Made by a program: the position numbers and the translations under genes. This document shows, piece by piece, positions 52,138-64,000 of a DNA stretch of 64,000 bases. This DNA comes from Phoronis australis (taxonomy: Eukaryota; Animalia; Phoronida): NCBI GenBank assembly GCA_002633005.1, contig NMRA01000002.1, forward strand, positions 2,649,877 to 2,713,876. The letters run 5' to 3'. Below the pieces are notes generated by a model, which saw nothing but the letters and a program-made list of their open reading frames with translations, made no database searches and had not been told where the DNA came from. The number at the start of each line of letters is the position of its first letter. Position 1 is the first letter of the stretch.

Positions 52138-53473
52138 CTACAAAGACACACATGGTCACATTATGCCACAACTTATAATGCATGTCAGGAAATCTATAAG
52201 GCATTACTTTATACGAAACCAATGTGGAGTGTTGATACCTACTCATTGTGTGCATCGCATACGCCACAGACACAAGAGATGACCACTAATTTTAAACATT
52301 CCCACAAGCCGGAGCAATGCTGGTAAACTTAATAATAGCCCCTAGGGGGTGCTGAGTTGTAATGGCTCCACACGGGAACTACAACTTCATTAACTGAGAT
52401 AATGCTTAAAAATAAAAACATTCATTCTAGATTGGACTTAAGCTTTAGTAAAAATACAAATACATGCATTTTCCGCATTAATTACATTCCCTTTGCATGA
52501 ATTTATTATTCACGCAACAGTAAGAAAGTGACGTAAATGGCCCTCACCTTAGTTCTACATTCACGATCACTCAACAAACACAAAATTAATGAAAAGCGAG
52601 TAAGACATTGCCTTTGCTCAATGTAATCGTATTCAGAACCAAGACGCAGGCCTTTTCATGTTCCACCCGTGTCACATTCTACTATTCTTAATCCACAAGT
52701 AGTAAATACACAACCCATCTTCAAAATAACCAGAATATATTTTTACAAAAAGTAACGTCAAAAACCATTGACTTCCCCTTTGAAACTTATCTATGGTCAG
52801 CAGAAAATCCAAAATCCATTCCATGTAGAAGTCAGCCTTGTTTAAAAACATTCAATTAGTTTCATGAACTGCTGTCTACATTGCGCAAAACAAATCAATT
52901 TCTGGTCTTACTTTACATAACTGATAACGTAGCGTCCCCATCACGGAGACTTAACAGATCATATGACGCCGATGTGATGGCGTATCCGCATTGGCGGAGA
53001 TTGTTGTCATATGCGTTGTGACATAATTTCTTTGGTTGGTGACATGCCAGCACATCAGCTTCAGATGATCTGTAGAAGTCTCCGAGATGAGGACGCTACG
53101 TTATCAGTTATATAAAGTAAGTCCGGAAATCGATTTATTTTATTTTGCATTATGTCATAACCGGATGAGTAACATACATTCAATTATACTAACTACATTG
53201 AATTTTAAAACACGCTTGATTTACAATGAATGGCTGAATCTGCAGAATGGGATTGATTTAACGATTAAGTTGACATTGAAAACTCACTCAGTGAGACTGA
53301 ATCTTCAAGACAATATACGATTTCTTAAAAGCATGAAATTCTCAAAAGGAGGTTGAATTTATCAACTAGCCTGACTTTAACAAAATACGATAACTTTATA
53401 ATAAAAAATTTTCAGACTTACTTGCAACTGACTGTTCAGGTCAAAGACTATCTTGACATTTCTAGATGAACCT

Positions 53474-53696
53474 GGGGCCCATTCCATTTCATTTTTAACT
53501 GAAGTCTAGCATTTGTCTCACCTTCCAAGCTTTGAAACTTCCACATCCAGTAAGATAGTCAAAATTAAGACAAAACTTATGAAGATCTCTTTCTTGATAG
53601 ACTGGAGACAAAATTAAAGTAATTTAATTTATCTTAAAATTGACTTACGAAAAATTAAGAATTGTCTTAGCTATGTCGGTTTCTCGGAACAATCCC
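53474..53696. mobile_element. MITE, degenerate copy 3 of the 7023/8711 family
   Basis: Shared internal sequence TTTGAAACTTCCACATC...AATTAAGACAAAACTTA. Confidence 0.6.
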
Positions 53697-53710
53697 TGAG
53701 CAGTACTAAC

Positions 53711-53831
53711 CTTTCTGCTTCATAGGGAACTTGTCTCGAAGGAGAGTGCGAATGGAGATTAACTCAGGGATAATGTCCGGCGTACTGATGCAGAACTTGA
53801 ACTCATTACTGGTAATAGCACCATCTTTCAC
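53711..53831 (-). CDS. MRPL1: MRPL1 exon 5
   Basis: ctacag|VKDGAITSNEFKFCISTPDIIPELISIRTLLRDKFPMKQK G|gttagt; L1 family core. Confidence 0.9.
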
Positions 53832-54366
53832 CTGTAGGGTTCAAAACAACCACGATAACATCAAAAGACTGGCTAATGAGTATCAACGTTACATGAACTT
53901 CACAGCACATTTGTTGCCGCCGTCACAATCACAACAGTTATCAAGCAATACCACATGACCAAATGTTCACCAAGACTGCATGGGAATAGTCGCATCCTGA
54001 AATACCACAGTGTAGCTCTTGATTTGGAGTTATCTACCCACAATTCTGTGGATGCGTTACTACAGTTATCGTTTACATATAAATTAATTCATACATAATT
54101 TTCAAGACTAAAATAAAATTTTACTTTATCGTAGTGAGTTTCACTGCTGACATAATCATTGACATTATTAACTACATGTCTGCAACAAACCACTCATTTT
54201 TTACCGTAAGTTTACAAAAACAGAGTTGTAACAAGGACATTGCCATTAGACTAGTGCCATGGAACTGACCATTACACACAAAAGTTTGGAAAACCAATAA
54301 CTGTTCAGTTTACTACTGTCAACTCAGTCTATTGACGATGTCGGTTTTGGGCCAAATAAGCAGTAC

Positions 54367-54763
54367 AAACCCCAGCACCAATTTTGTTAACATACACGAG
54401 TCCAACGTTTTGACGAAGCTTATTTCATCATTCTCAAGGAGTTCACCAAAACCCAACAACAGGTTCTAAAGTAACAAAATCAATTGAACCAAAACTCACT
54501 AGTAAAGCAAGCACCTACAAAGATCAAAGTTATCTGCAAAAGGAGAGCTCAGGTGACCCAACTTGCCATTCATCGAAGCCCTTTGAGGCTAGCCTTGACC
54601 TTTATATATGGCTGCTTTACCAGTGACTTTTGGTTGAACTGATTTAATTGTTACTTGTGACCCTGTTGTTGGGTTTTGGTGAACTCTTTCAGAATGATGA
54701 ACTGAACTTCGTCGAAATATTGACTTTGTACGATAAATGCTAACAACAACTGTGTTGGGGTTT
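54367..54763. repeat. Long imperfect inverted repeat (~165-bp arms), Penelope-like
   Basis: Arms 54367-54530 and 54597-54763 are reverse complements of each other. Confidence 0.65.
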
Positions 54764-54891
54764 CTACGGGCAACTCAATGACATCTAAATTAAAATACAG
54801 TAAGTACATGTCATGCTACAAATGAACTATTGATAGCTCAGCATAACTGTTTTCAATAAAAAGCTGTCATCACAGACACTACAAATAATAC

Positions 54892-54963
54892 CTCATTAAT
54901 CAGGTCCACTCCTCCAACAAACGTTGCACCCATGTCTCTGGCCTTCTGTTGCTGCTCGGGGTC
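54892..54963 (-). CDS. MRPL1: MRPL1 exon 4
   Basis: actcag|DPEQQQKARDMGATFVGGVDLINE|gtatta; A..GA..VGG..LI motif of ribosomal protein L1. Confidence 0.9.
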
Positions 54964-56216
54964 CTGAGTGAAAACACGGTTGAATTACTTTTAACAAATA
55001 AAGAAACAAGACAAGTATGATGATTTTACCCATGAAACATTGGGTATACTCAGCTAGATTCTGGGTTAGTGAAAAATAGCTCTAGAAATCAAATGTTAAA
55101 AAAATAATTTTATGTGTTGTCATTCGAGGAAAAATTAGTTTCCATTTATCATTTACTTAAAGCGACTAGTATAAACATGCCTTTAATGATAGAAACTTAA
55201 TTTTGACTTAGACCAACCAATTAACGTCTATGAAACTGATCTCAAGTTTTCTTTGGACAAATGAAAAGTGATTTCTGGGGATTGAAAGAACGACAATTTC
55301 TTGATTCCTTGAGAACAGACTTTATACATTAGTTTTGTCCCGACGGGTTACAAATGTCTCATATCAAGCAATAATGATCTGTCATTTTTCTCCAAGCTCA
55401 GAAACAACTTTTCGTCTGAGTTAGGAATAGTTGTTCAATCGTAGTATGCATTCTAAATCAGAAATTAGTTTCTTTGGAAGAACTTGGGTTTAAAGCCACA
55501 TCAATAGCATAGGGTGCGCTTGTATAAAAAAAACTACACGCTGGATAACAGCAATGACACCAAACTATCGCATGTCACGGGGCCACTGTTGATTATGGTG
55601 CTTGTTTTGAGCCAGATGTAACCACAATGACGGCCAAGTGCAAGCTGAACTTACTCTCGGAGTAGCTGGAACGAGACATCATGAAGGAGAAAGAGAATTG
55701 CGTCTGATTACTTTTAGCAGGTGAGCATGGACCTCGCTATAATAAATTCCTGGGAGTAACGCCAGGTTAAAGATAGATATAACATACCCGCATTTTGAGA
55801 ACTAATTTTCTCCCATGAATAACGGACATCAAACTGGTTCTCAAAATGTGGGCATGTTATATCCGACTACTGCCGTAATGCCCTGCTTTATGCTGTTTTT
55901 GCGGACACTGCAATTAACTATATAACATACTTCGTAATTCTGAATTATTCAATAAAAGTTTCTGATGCAGGCATTTTGAAAATGGAAGCAAAATGAATTA
56001 CTTTTACAAGCATTTTTGACAAATAGGACTGCAAGCTCTTACCACATGACAGGTCCATGTTTTGAAACACTTAAACATACCAATAGCGAACTGATTTTGG
56101 TACCACAGAAATAAACAAACCTCGAGACTTATCAGTGGAGTTTGTTATAATTTTCAAAGTCTAACCTCTTCTGTGTCACACAAACTAATTAATCATAACT
56201 CGACCTATGACCTTAC

Positions 56217-56520
56217 CTTACTAAACACTATAATCGTCCTCGACTCAGGCATTTCAAACAGGTGAGGTAGTAAGACCGTGCTTTTAATATTTGACATGAA
56301 CTTTGTCTTCTTCTTTGTCTTCATGTCGAGGGTCATCTCTAGGTACACAAGTCCCTCCATATTATCCAACATGGCTGGCTGGGCAAGCTCCTTGTGCATG
56401 TCTAGCGACTGTTCCAGAGGGAAGTCAGGTCGAGGGAAGTCGACGTGACACCACACATTATCTGTCGGCTTTCGACTTAGAAACTCTTCCAATTTTTCCG
56501 CACTCATCGTCTGCTTTTTC
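56217..56520 (-). CDS. MRPL1: MRPL1 exon 3
   Basis: ttgcag|...KPTDNVW...LDMKTKKKTKF...VLLPHLF...IIVFSK|gtaagg. Confidence 0.9.
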
Positions 56521-57425
56521 CTGCAAAATCAACACATGATTTCTTCACACTCAGGAATTTGCATTGGTTCTAACAGCAGTTCAAGTAAAAACTGTAAAAA
56601 CACAAACTACAAATAATATATGAATAAACACTCGATGAGCTTCCAAAATTGAAAGAACTTTGTGACCACTATGTCAATAAACAGTTTAGTCAATTTCCCA
56701 TTTTTATCATGGTAATCCACTCAGCTCGTTCCTAATGAAGTAGCAAATTTAGAGAAAACGTGAAAATTCACAAATATGCCAAACTGTAGAAGTGCATGCC
56801 AAACTCATCAGGATCAAATTATAAACGATGGTCGTTTCAAACCATTCCCCTGGATTGTTAAAACCAAGAAATTTCCAATGCCACGGTCTATTAAACTTGG
56901 CAAACAAGCCTGTTGTGTTGGTCTACAGTGCGTGTGAAGGAGTATGTCACACGTTTTTGAATCAAAAGGAGAAAGTTTAGGCAATATTCTCTGCAAGTCA
57001 AGCGTATTTCATACAACACATGTCTTCTTCACAACAGCTACATTTGTTAAAATCGTTTGCAAATAGTATTTCTTACATTTCATAGTATCAGCCACACTAT
57101 ATACAATATAACTGATGGATAACATGACTTAATCAAATAAACTCAGACAACGAAAGCACTGGACTACATAAATTCTTGTTTACCAACTTTCTATCCTTGC
57201 TATTGCTGCCAAACTGATAACGACACGGCTGTAACCCAAGTTCCCGATCACCGCATTCAGAATTACCCCACCTGCACCGCAGAAAAAAAATTATGAATAT
57301 TCTACAGCTCCGTTTGCGATATCGCAGCAATGTGACTACGAAAATGATGTAAAGATCACCAAAGTTACCCCATCTATACAGAAAGCTTTAACTACGGTCA
57401 TTTAATAGCAGTTCCCCCATCTTAC

Positions 57426-57588
57426 GCCTGCATCACCCTCTTCCGCTGCACCCATTTGTCGGATTGTTTTGCTATGTGCGGTTGCTTAGCTCTGTTTCCT
57501 GATGTCTTTCCTTTCCACCTAACGTGCATCGCCCAGCACGATGGCAACATAGCTGACTTGTGTGGTGTGTGACAAACATCATGTAGTG
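57426..57588 (-). CDS. MRPL1: MRPL1 exon 2 (presequence region)
   Basis: ttacag|CA...GC|gtaag; 163 nt; phases match both neighbouring exons. Confidence 0.75.
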
Positions 57589-58109
57589 CTGTAAGGAAGT
57601 AAACATGGCAATGAGACGACTGCTTGTAAAGCAAGTTGCAAAAATATGAATTTTTTAAAATGCATACCCGAATGACTACTGGTAACTGACAAACGCTACA
57701 AGCTAAAGTACACTTGTAGTTCATTTTAATTGATCTGTCCTGTGTTTTACACAAAAAACAATTGCCTATATTTCAAGTTTTCCACCTTTCGTGGGCTAAA
57801 TATAAAATAACAAATGGCATTGCCATTATTATTATTATTATTATGATCATGTACTATTACCATGCAACCTTATCAATATAACTGCACTATTATAATAATT
57901 ACTACTGGTACAGTAGAAAAGATAATACTCAGTGCCTGAGAAAAACTAAGAATAAAGCTTTCTCGACCCTACCAGTTCCATATAGAATTATGAATTACAT
58001 ATAATTCACTTTTAATCCAATGAACAAAACACTGTAGAGTGTACAAAACTCTAACTGCCTCAAAAAGCCGTCCAAAGGTATCCATCTACAAAGCTACATA
58101 CATATATAC

Positions 58110-58644
58110 TAGACAGTACCCGTCTCAACTGGCTCCAGTAGAGAAGGTGGCAATCCCATGAGCCCTCCATATGCCCGAAGCTTTTCCATGAATTGTGCCT
58201 TACACTGATTAACCCATCCAAGAAATGTTGTTACCTTTTGTCCATAGGGAGAGACACCTTAGGAGACTGCAATCAAATTTTTCTTTCGATGAGTCATATC
58301 GTTCAGTTGCCTAAATCCGCAACTGGCCATTTTTACATCATGTCCCCTGGTGAGAGCAATGTGAAAATGGCCAGTTGCCAATTTGGACAACTGAACGAAG
58401 GACTATTCGAAAAAATAGTTTGATTGCGGGAATATTTGTTTGAACTGGGAAGAGTTAAAGACAACAACCACCTCTGAAGGTGCCCCTCTATATGCAAAAG
58501 GTACTTATAGCAACATGTCTTTGATGGTTCACTCAGAGTGAGGAACAAATCGTCAAAAAGCTTCCAGCATATGGAGAGCCTACAGAGTAGGCTACAGGAT
58601 GGACACTGTTTCACTGAGGCCAGTTGAGATGGAGGTAACATCTA
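58110..58644. mobile_element. Foldback element, copy 2 (MRPL1 intron 1)
   Basis: Homologous to 22824-23406 (GACACCTTAGGA, AAGGTGCCCCTCTAT, AAAAGCTTCC). Confidence 0.7.
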
Positions 58645-58996
58645 AATTAGGTTTGACAGTTTGGGACTTTGGGTTAAGCACAAATTACACAAAATCTTCT
58701 GACATACAGGACAGTTCAAGAAGTTTCACCATCTAGTCCCTCTGTAGCTTCCAATTTTTACCACTCGTGTTGTAAGGCAAAATTTGGCAATTGCTTTAAT
58801 GAATGTTTACAAAGGTGGTGAATAATACGAGATGGTAGCCTTATCACTCATTCTGTTTATTCGCTGAATAACGGGATAGAATTTTATTTCATGTCGTTAT
58901 ATAGTAAACAATACATATAACCTAAAATTAAACAGGATAATGTCACACGATGACAGAACCATACGCTCAGGTAAAGAAAAAGTTACAAAACGTTAC

Positions 58997-59033
58997 CACG
59001 GCATAAAAAAGTTCTCAGCACGGGAGCTGCCAT
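58997..59033 (-). CDS. MRPL1: MRPL1 exon 1
   Basis: aaaaATG GCA GCT CCC... MAAPVLRTFLCR G|gtaacg; typical mitochondrial presequence start; phase 1 fits exon 2. Confidence 0.75.
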
Positions 59034-59419
59034 TTTTGTTTACAACATGTAAAGTCTTGAGTTGAAGTTTCACATTATTAAAGTACAGATTTAATCACCT
59101 ACTTCTCAAAGTTATTCCTTATTGCAACTCATATAAGCTTTTTGTTCTGATAAATTAGCAATACATGTTTCTAATTGTCATTTTTAATGATCACCAATGC
59201 TATATTTTTCATACAAAATAATAGTAATAAAACAGTATTAGCTCTGTATATAGCGGCCTCTGTTGAAAGCAATTTAGAACAGCCAATCAAAAGCTTTTTG
59301 GATTTTCCACTAAACAATCGGCAGCCATGATGAAGAAGTGAGAGCTAAAAGATTCCTATAATTTTCTTTCAGTTATTTCTAAATAGTGGCGTAAATTTTG
59401 TACATTCACTCATGTTTAG
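59034..59419. promoter_or_regulatory. Putative bidirectional promoter of MRPL1/CNOT6 and CNOT6 5' exon
   Basis: NF-Y-type AGCCAATCA at 59281-59289; YY1-like AAAATGGC over the MRPL1 start; strong + strand donor AG|GTAAGG at 59419/59420. Confidence 0.5.
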
Positions 59420-59681
59420 GTAAGGAAAGGAGTTTTTTAGTTTATGAGCTTCTATTTTACGTTGCTCATGGCTCCATTTTTGCATTAAATGTGTTAAAAT
59501 TTCCAGAAATATTCGACAATTGAATCGGTGACCCCCCGATCCTGGTCTGGCTGCTTGCCATGTCGTGGACAGGTCCACCTCTCTCCTGTATTTGCAACAG
59601 AGATATGCCTTCCTTTACCTCTCTATGATGGTTTAGTTTTTTATTAAGGACATTGAAAGTTATATTTTTCTACTTCTGGAG

Positions 59682-60990
59682 TAGACACTGACTACTTCTG
59701 GCCGGAAGCTTTTCAGCAAATTATTCCTCACATTAATTAAAAGATCAAAGGCACATTGTTATAAGTACCTTTTGTGCATAGAGGGACACCTTAGGAGGCT
59801 GTCGATGTATTTTAATGCCTTCTTGGCTATTTCAACACTTTAACACTGCACTTGCTCCTGGCAGTCGCAGTAAAAACAGGAGCGTGTGCAGTGTAAAAAT
59901 GACCAATTGCCCACTGAACGAAGAATAGATCGAAGAAGAAAATTGATTATGGGAGTATTTTTCGAGTTGGAAGGAATTAAAGGCATTGACTTCCTTCAAA
60001 GGTATCCCTCTATGTGCAAAAGGTACTTATGGCTTGCCACCCAGACAAGTTTAGTGCCCCTCACCCTGATCAAAAAACGCCAAATCCAGCCCACCTCCTA
60101 TGTACTTCACAATCACACGCTAAAGTCGGTCAAGGAAGCTAAATATTTGGGCGTTCTCGCATGACCTCAAATGGTCATCCCTCATAAGCAACATCCAGAA
60201 GAAAGAAGTAAAACTCTGGGCTTTCGTAGGTGAAACGTATAAGCAGCCAACGATATAAGGAGTTTGCGTATGAAACAATGATTCGACCCTCCTTGGAATA
60301 CGCCTCTACTGTTTGGGAGCCTTATACCCAAAAAGACATTGAATCTGTAGAGAAAGTACAGAGGAGAGCGGCTCACTGGGTCACGAGATGGTTCAATCGT
60401 CTATCCTCTGTTGGTTCAATGTTAGAAACCTTAAACTGGCCCACCCTCAGCCACAGATACAAATATGATACGAAGTCAGTGATCATCAACTCTGATGTTG
60501 CCCCTATTGCAGATCTTACTATCTCTGGCATCTGTACCAGAAGGTCGTCCAATTATAGTATTCCAATAAAAAGGACAGGTGACAGGAAAAAGACATTCTT
60601 TCCTAGAACAGTCGCGGACTGGAATAGCTTGCCGGGCTGCGTTACATCCGTCCCTTTTCTTGATATCTTTGTCAGCAAGCTATCTGCCTTTCTGAAGTAA
60701 CTGACTGCCTTATCTGTTAACGATCTAGCTATATCAACCGACCTCTGAAGTGACGTCCACTATGTATATGTATCCTTTTAAACCCGTTATAGTTCTCGTT
60801 TTTGTTGATCCTCATTGTTATACAGTGACATAATACTCTGGAGAGAGTGTGGTCACTTAAACCAAGAAGAAGAGGAGAATATGACTGATGTTGTAATCAG
60901 TGTGAGGCATAATTCACCAAAAAGCTCTCATCATATGAGGCCCCTTCACCTTCTCTACTGGGGCCAGCTAGAGACTGTGGTCACTGTCTA
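59682..60990. mobile_element. Foldback element, copy 3, interrupted by a LINE; 9-bp target-site duplication
   Basis: TAGAC...GTCTA flanked by CTTCTGGAG / CTTCTAGAG; the right arm resumes after the LINE tail. Confidence 0.75.
60033..60876 (+). mobile_element. 5'-truncated LINE (CR1/L2-group) RT C-terminal fragment
   Basis: KYLGV; YETMIRPSLEYASTVWEPY; EKVQRRAA; FFPRTVADWNSLP; (GAA)n-like tail; stops and frameshifts upstream. Confidence 0.85.
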
Positions 60991-62249
60991 CTTCTAGAGT
61001 GAACAGTTCCACGGGCCCGAGGAATGGGAGCATTAAGCCATTAAGCCTAACTTTGCTCCCGAAACTTATCAGCATACAACTGACAACTTTACCTTGGTTA
61101 AAGTCGGTTCCAGTGCCTTCCCCTTCCATGTGTAAAGGGAACCTTAGGATATCATTGATGCCTGTATGTCCTTCAGTTTCAAACAAATACTTCAGCAACT
61201 GTGATGCTGTATCTGTTTGTTAGGTTCCATCATTCATTACCGAAACCTTTAGCGCATACCATTTTTCAGTGTTCTTGTAGACATCCGAGACATTATTTTC
61301 CACTATGTATATATTGAGCACACATTGAAAACAATTTAGATACTAATGAGTTCCACTGTCATAGTGGAACTCATTAAAAATAATTCATGCTTGTTAGAGC
61401 ACAGGCACTCTTATCAGCCAGTCGACGCTATACTATATAAATAGAAAGGTACACAACTGCTATCCAATAAGTTCGCCCACCAGGCACTTCCACAACAACT
61501 CAAAGCATGGCATTCTGGGTGTGATTTGTGTCGCACATTTTATCTGCTACTGCAACATGTCTACTGGTTACATTTGTTGAAATCAACACCAATAAATACC
61601 ATTATTACCTCCAGATTTTCCTAATTTTATCAGCAACATTCATGGCAAAGCATCTTGGCCAACATTTTCAATTCACAGCAACCAGTGCGCATGCTCATTA
61701 GGCCGCTCACATCTGAACGCTTACACCAAATAAAGGATGCAAGGTACTAGTACACGGTAATTCGCGATCATGACGAACTGACCTCAGTTTGGCCTTGCGT
61801 GATGAGATTACAAACTCATAGTTGAATGGGACCTGTAAATTCGACTCATTTTGAGACCACCATTTAATGTCAATGTAATATGTGAATTGGCTAAACCAGT
61901 GAATGCATTTGCAATTACCGGAGTATTTGTTCATTTAAGATAGATTTTCGGACCTAACATATGTATTCAAATATTTCCGTCCACATGCCATTGTGCAGCG
62001 CTTTGCCATATCCAGATATAGGCACTTGTTTGTGTTTATATGTGAAGCTCTAGTAAATTCAAGGAGAATAAAATCAAAATAGCATGTCAGCTTGGTATAA
62101 CCAGTCTCTTGTCTACTGAATTTTTTTTCCTTAAGAACTTGTCTTCCTGTTGACACTTGTTTTATCTTTTCAACCGTTATAGTTTGGTTAGAACCATGAA
62201 TATGTTGTAAAATTTCCAGCATGTAAACTTTTATTGTTATTTTTCAGAA

Positions 62250-62361
62250 ATGCCTAAGGAAAAATATGAATCTCCTAACCCTCGCCGGACCCATACAATC
62301 ATGTCAGTAGATGATATTAATGCTGGCAAGAAGTCACAGTGGTATGAATTAGAAATTACAG
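62250..62361 (+). CDS. CNOT6: CCR4-NOT deadenylase subunit CNOT6/6L (CCR4), first coding exon; gene continues beyond the window
   Basis: tttcag|AA ATG; MPKEKYESPNPRRTHTIMSVDDINAGKKSQWYELEIT G|gttggt matches the CNOT6/6L N-terminus (MPKEKYE...GKKS.W.ELEI.G). Confidence 0.9.
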
Positions 62362-62991
62362 GTTGGTAATGAATTCAGTGTCTTGAAGCGTTTGCATCCT
62401 AACAGTTATTTTGTGTGATTACGAGGCCAGACAAGCCATGTATATAATTTATTGCGCGGTGATCTGCGTATGAGGTGGCATGAAAGCTGCTACAAGTTTT
62501 TGTGGTCACGTTTTGTGGCGAAAATTATGCGTCTTCAACATGTGGACAGGAGGCATGTTGATGCAGTTTTTTGGGAATAACTCTGCGGGTTACATGTTCT
62601 TGTAAGACCACGAGACAAAGGTAGTGTTTGCTCACTTTCTATAGGTACAATGTTTATTATATAAGTTGGTATGGGGAAACGTACATTCCTTTTCACCGAA
62701 AATAGATTTTATGTAAAACTGTCTTTTCAGCTGTGTTGACTGTCCAGGCAAGTTGATACCTGGATTTAAATTCTAAAATTCTCTTATTAAATTTAAAAAA
62801 TTGGACCAGGTTTCATAATGTTGAAGTAAACAGTGCGCATTTTGCAGTTTTTGATGAGGAGCTTTGACAACTGAAGCTGCACCTCACTCTGATTAGTGAG
62901 CCAAAAAACGAAAATCAAATTATGCCTTTTACTCTCATGAAATCAGTTTCATAACATTCCTTGCCATGATGAGATTCTATTTCCTTCACCA

Positions 62992-64000
62992 ACTTGAGTC
63001 ACAGGCAATGCATACTTGGGTCACGGACAATGCATACTTGGGTCACAGGCAATGCATACTTGAGTCACAGGCAATGCATACTTGAGTCACAGGCAATGCA
63101 TACTTGGGTCACGGGCAATGCATACTTGAGTCACAGGCAATGCATACTTGAGTCACAGGCAATGCATACTTGAGTCACAGGCAATGCATACTTGAGTCAC
63201 AGGCAATGCATACTTGAGTCACAGGCAATGCATACTTGAGTCACAGGCAATGCATACTTGAGTCACAGGCAATGCATACTTGAGTCACAGGCAATGCATA
63301 CTTGAGTCACAGGCAATGCATACTTGAGTCACAGGCAATGCATACTTGAGTCACAGGCAATGCATACTTGAGTCACAGGCAATGCATACTTGAGTCACAG
63401 GCAATGCATACTTGAGTCACAGGCAATGCATACTTGAGTCACAGGCAATGCATACTTGAGTCACAGGCAATGCATACTTGAGTCACAGGCAATGCATACT
63501 TGAGTCACAGGCAATGCATACTTGAGTCACAGGCAATGCATACTTGAGTCACAGGCAATGCATACTTGAGTCACAGGCAATGCATACTTGAGTCACAGGC
63601 AATGCATACTTGAGTCACAGGCAATGCATACTTGAGTCACAGGCAATGCATACTTGAGTCACAGGCAATGCATACTTGAGTCACAGGCAATGCATACTTG
63701 AGTCACAGGCAATGCATACTTGAGTCACAGGCAATGCATACTTGAGTCACAGGCAATGCATACTTGAGTCACAGGCAATGCATACTTGAGTCACAGGCAA
63801 TGCATACTTGAGTCACAGGCAATGCATACTTGAGTCACAGGCAATGCATACTTGAGTCACAGGCAATGCATACTTGAGTCACAGGCAATGCATACTTGAG
63901 TCACAGGCAATGCATACTTGAGTCACAGGCAATGCATACTTGAGTCACAGGCAATGCATACTTGAGTCACAGGCAATGCATACTTGAGTCACAGGCAATG
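62992..64000. repeat. Homogeneous 22-bp minisatellite (ACTTGAGTCACAGGCAATGCAT), at least 45 copies, runs off the window
   Basis: Near-perfect tandem array with variants only in the first few units. Confidence 0.98.

Noticed and set aside
57140-57360. Intronic snoRNA/scaRNA or extra MRPL1 exon (ORF 57133-57330)
   Set aside because: A CTGA is present but there is no convincing C box or terminal stem; MRPL1 exons 2 and 3 already join in frame.
62992-64000. CRISPR-like array
   Set aside because: Units are contiguous and identical with no unique spacers, and the context is eukaryotic.

Overview
Intron-rich, repeat-rich animal genomic DNA; the repeat types suggest a lophotrochozoan or mollusc-like invertebrate (inference). 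I reconstructed three protein-coding genes by hand from GT-AG exons. (1) A complete mitochondrial glutamate dehydrogenase (GLUD1-type, + strand, 21760-43020, 551 aa, antenna present). (2) A complete mitochondrial ribosomal protein uL1m gene (MRPL1, - strand, 59033-48325, 8 exons, 348 aa). (3) The first coding exon of CNOT6/CCR4 (+ strand, 62250-62361), head-to-head with MRPL1. The main finding is a tandemly duplicated pair of 89-nt exons in GDH (33012-33100 and 34017-34105). Both have intact splice sites and the same phase, and they differ at five residues, including the position equivalent to bovine His195. Only one can be included in frame, and nested complementary segments between them could fold to enforce mutually exclusive splicing. 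Also present: a candidate orphan membrane-protein gene divergent from GDH, two Helentron-type (HINE) elements carrying ~150-bp arrays of CTCF-like motifs, Kolobok/THAP, Tc1-mariner and LINE remnants, many MITEs, a foldback family in the first introns of all three genes, two 22-bp minisatellites containing AP-1-type sites, and a 200-N assembly gap.
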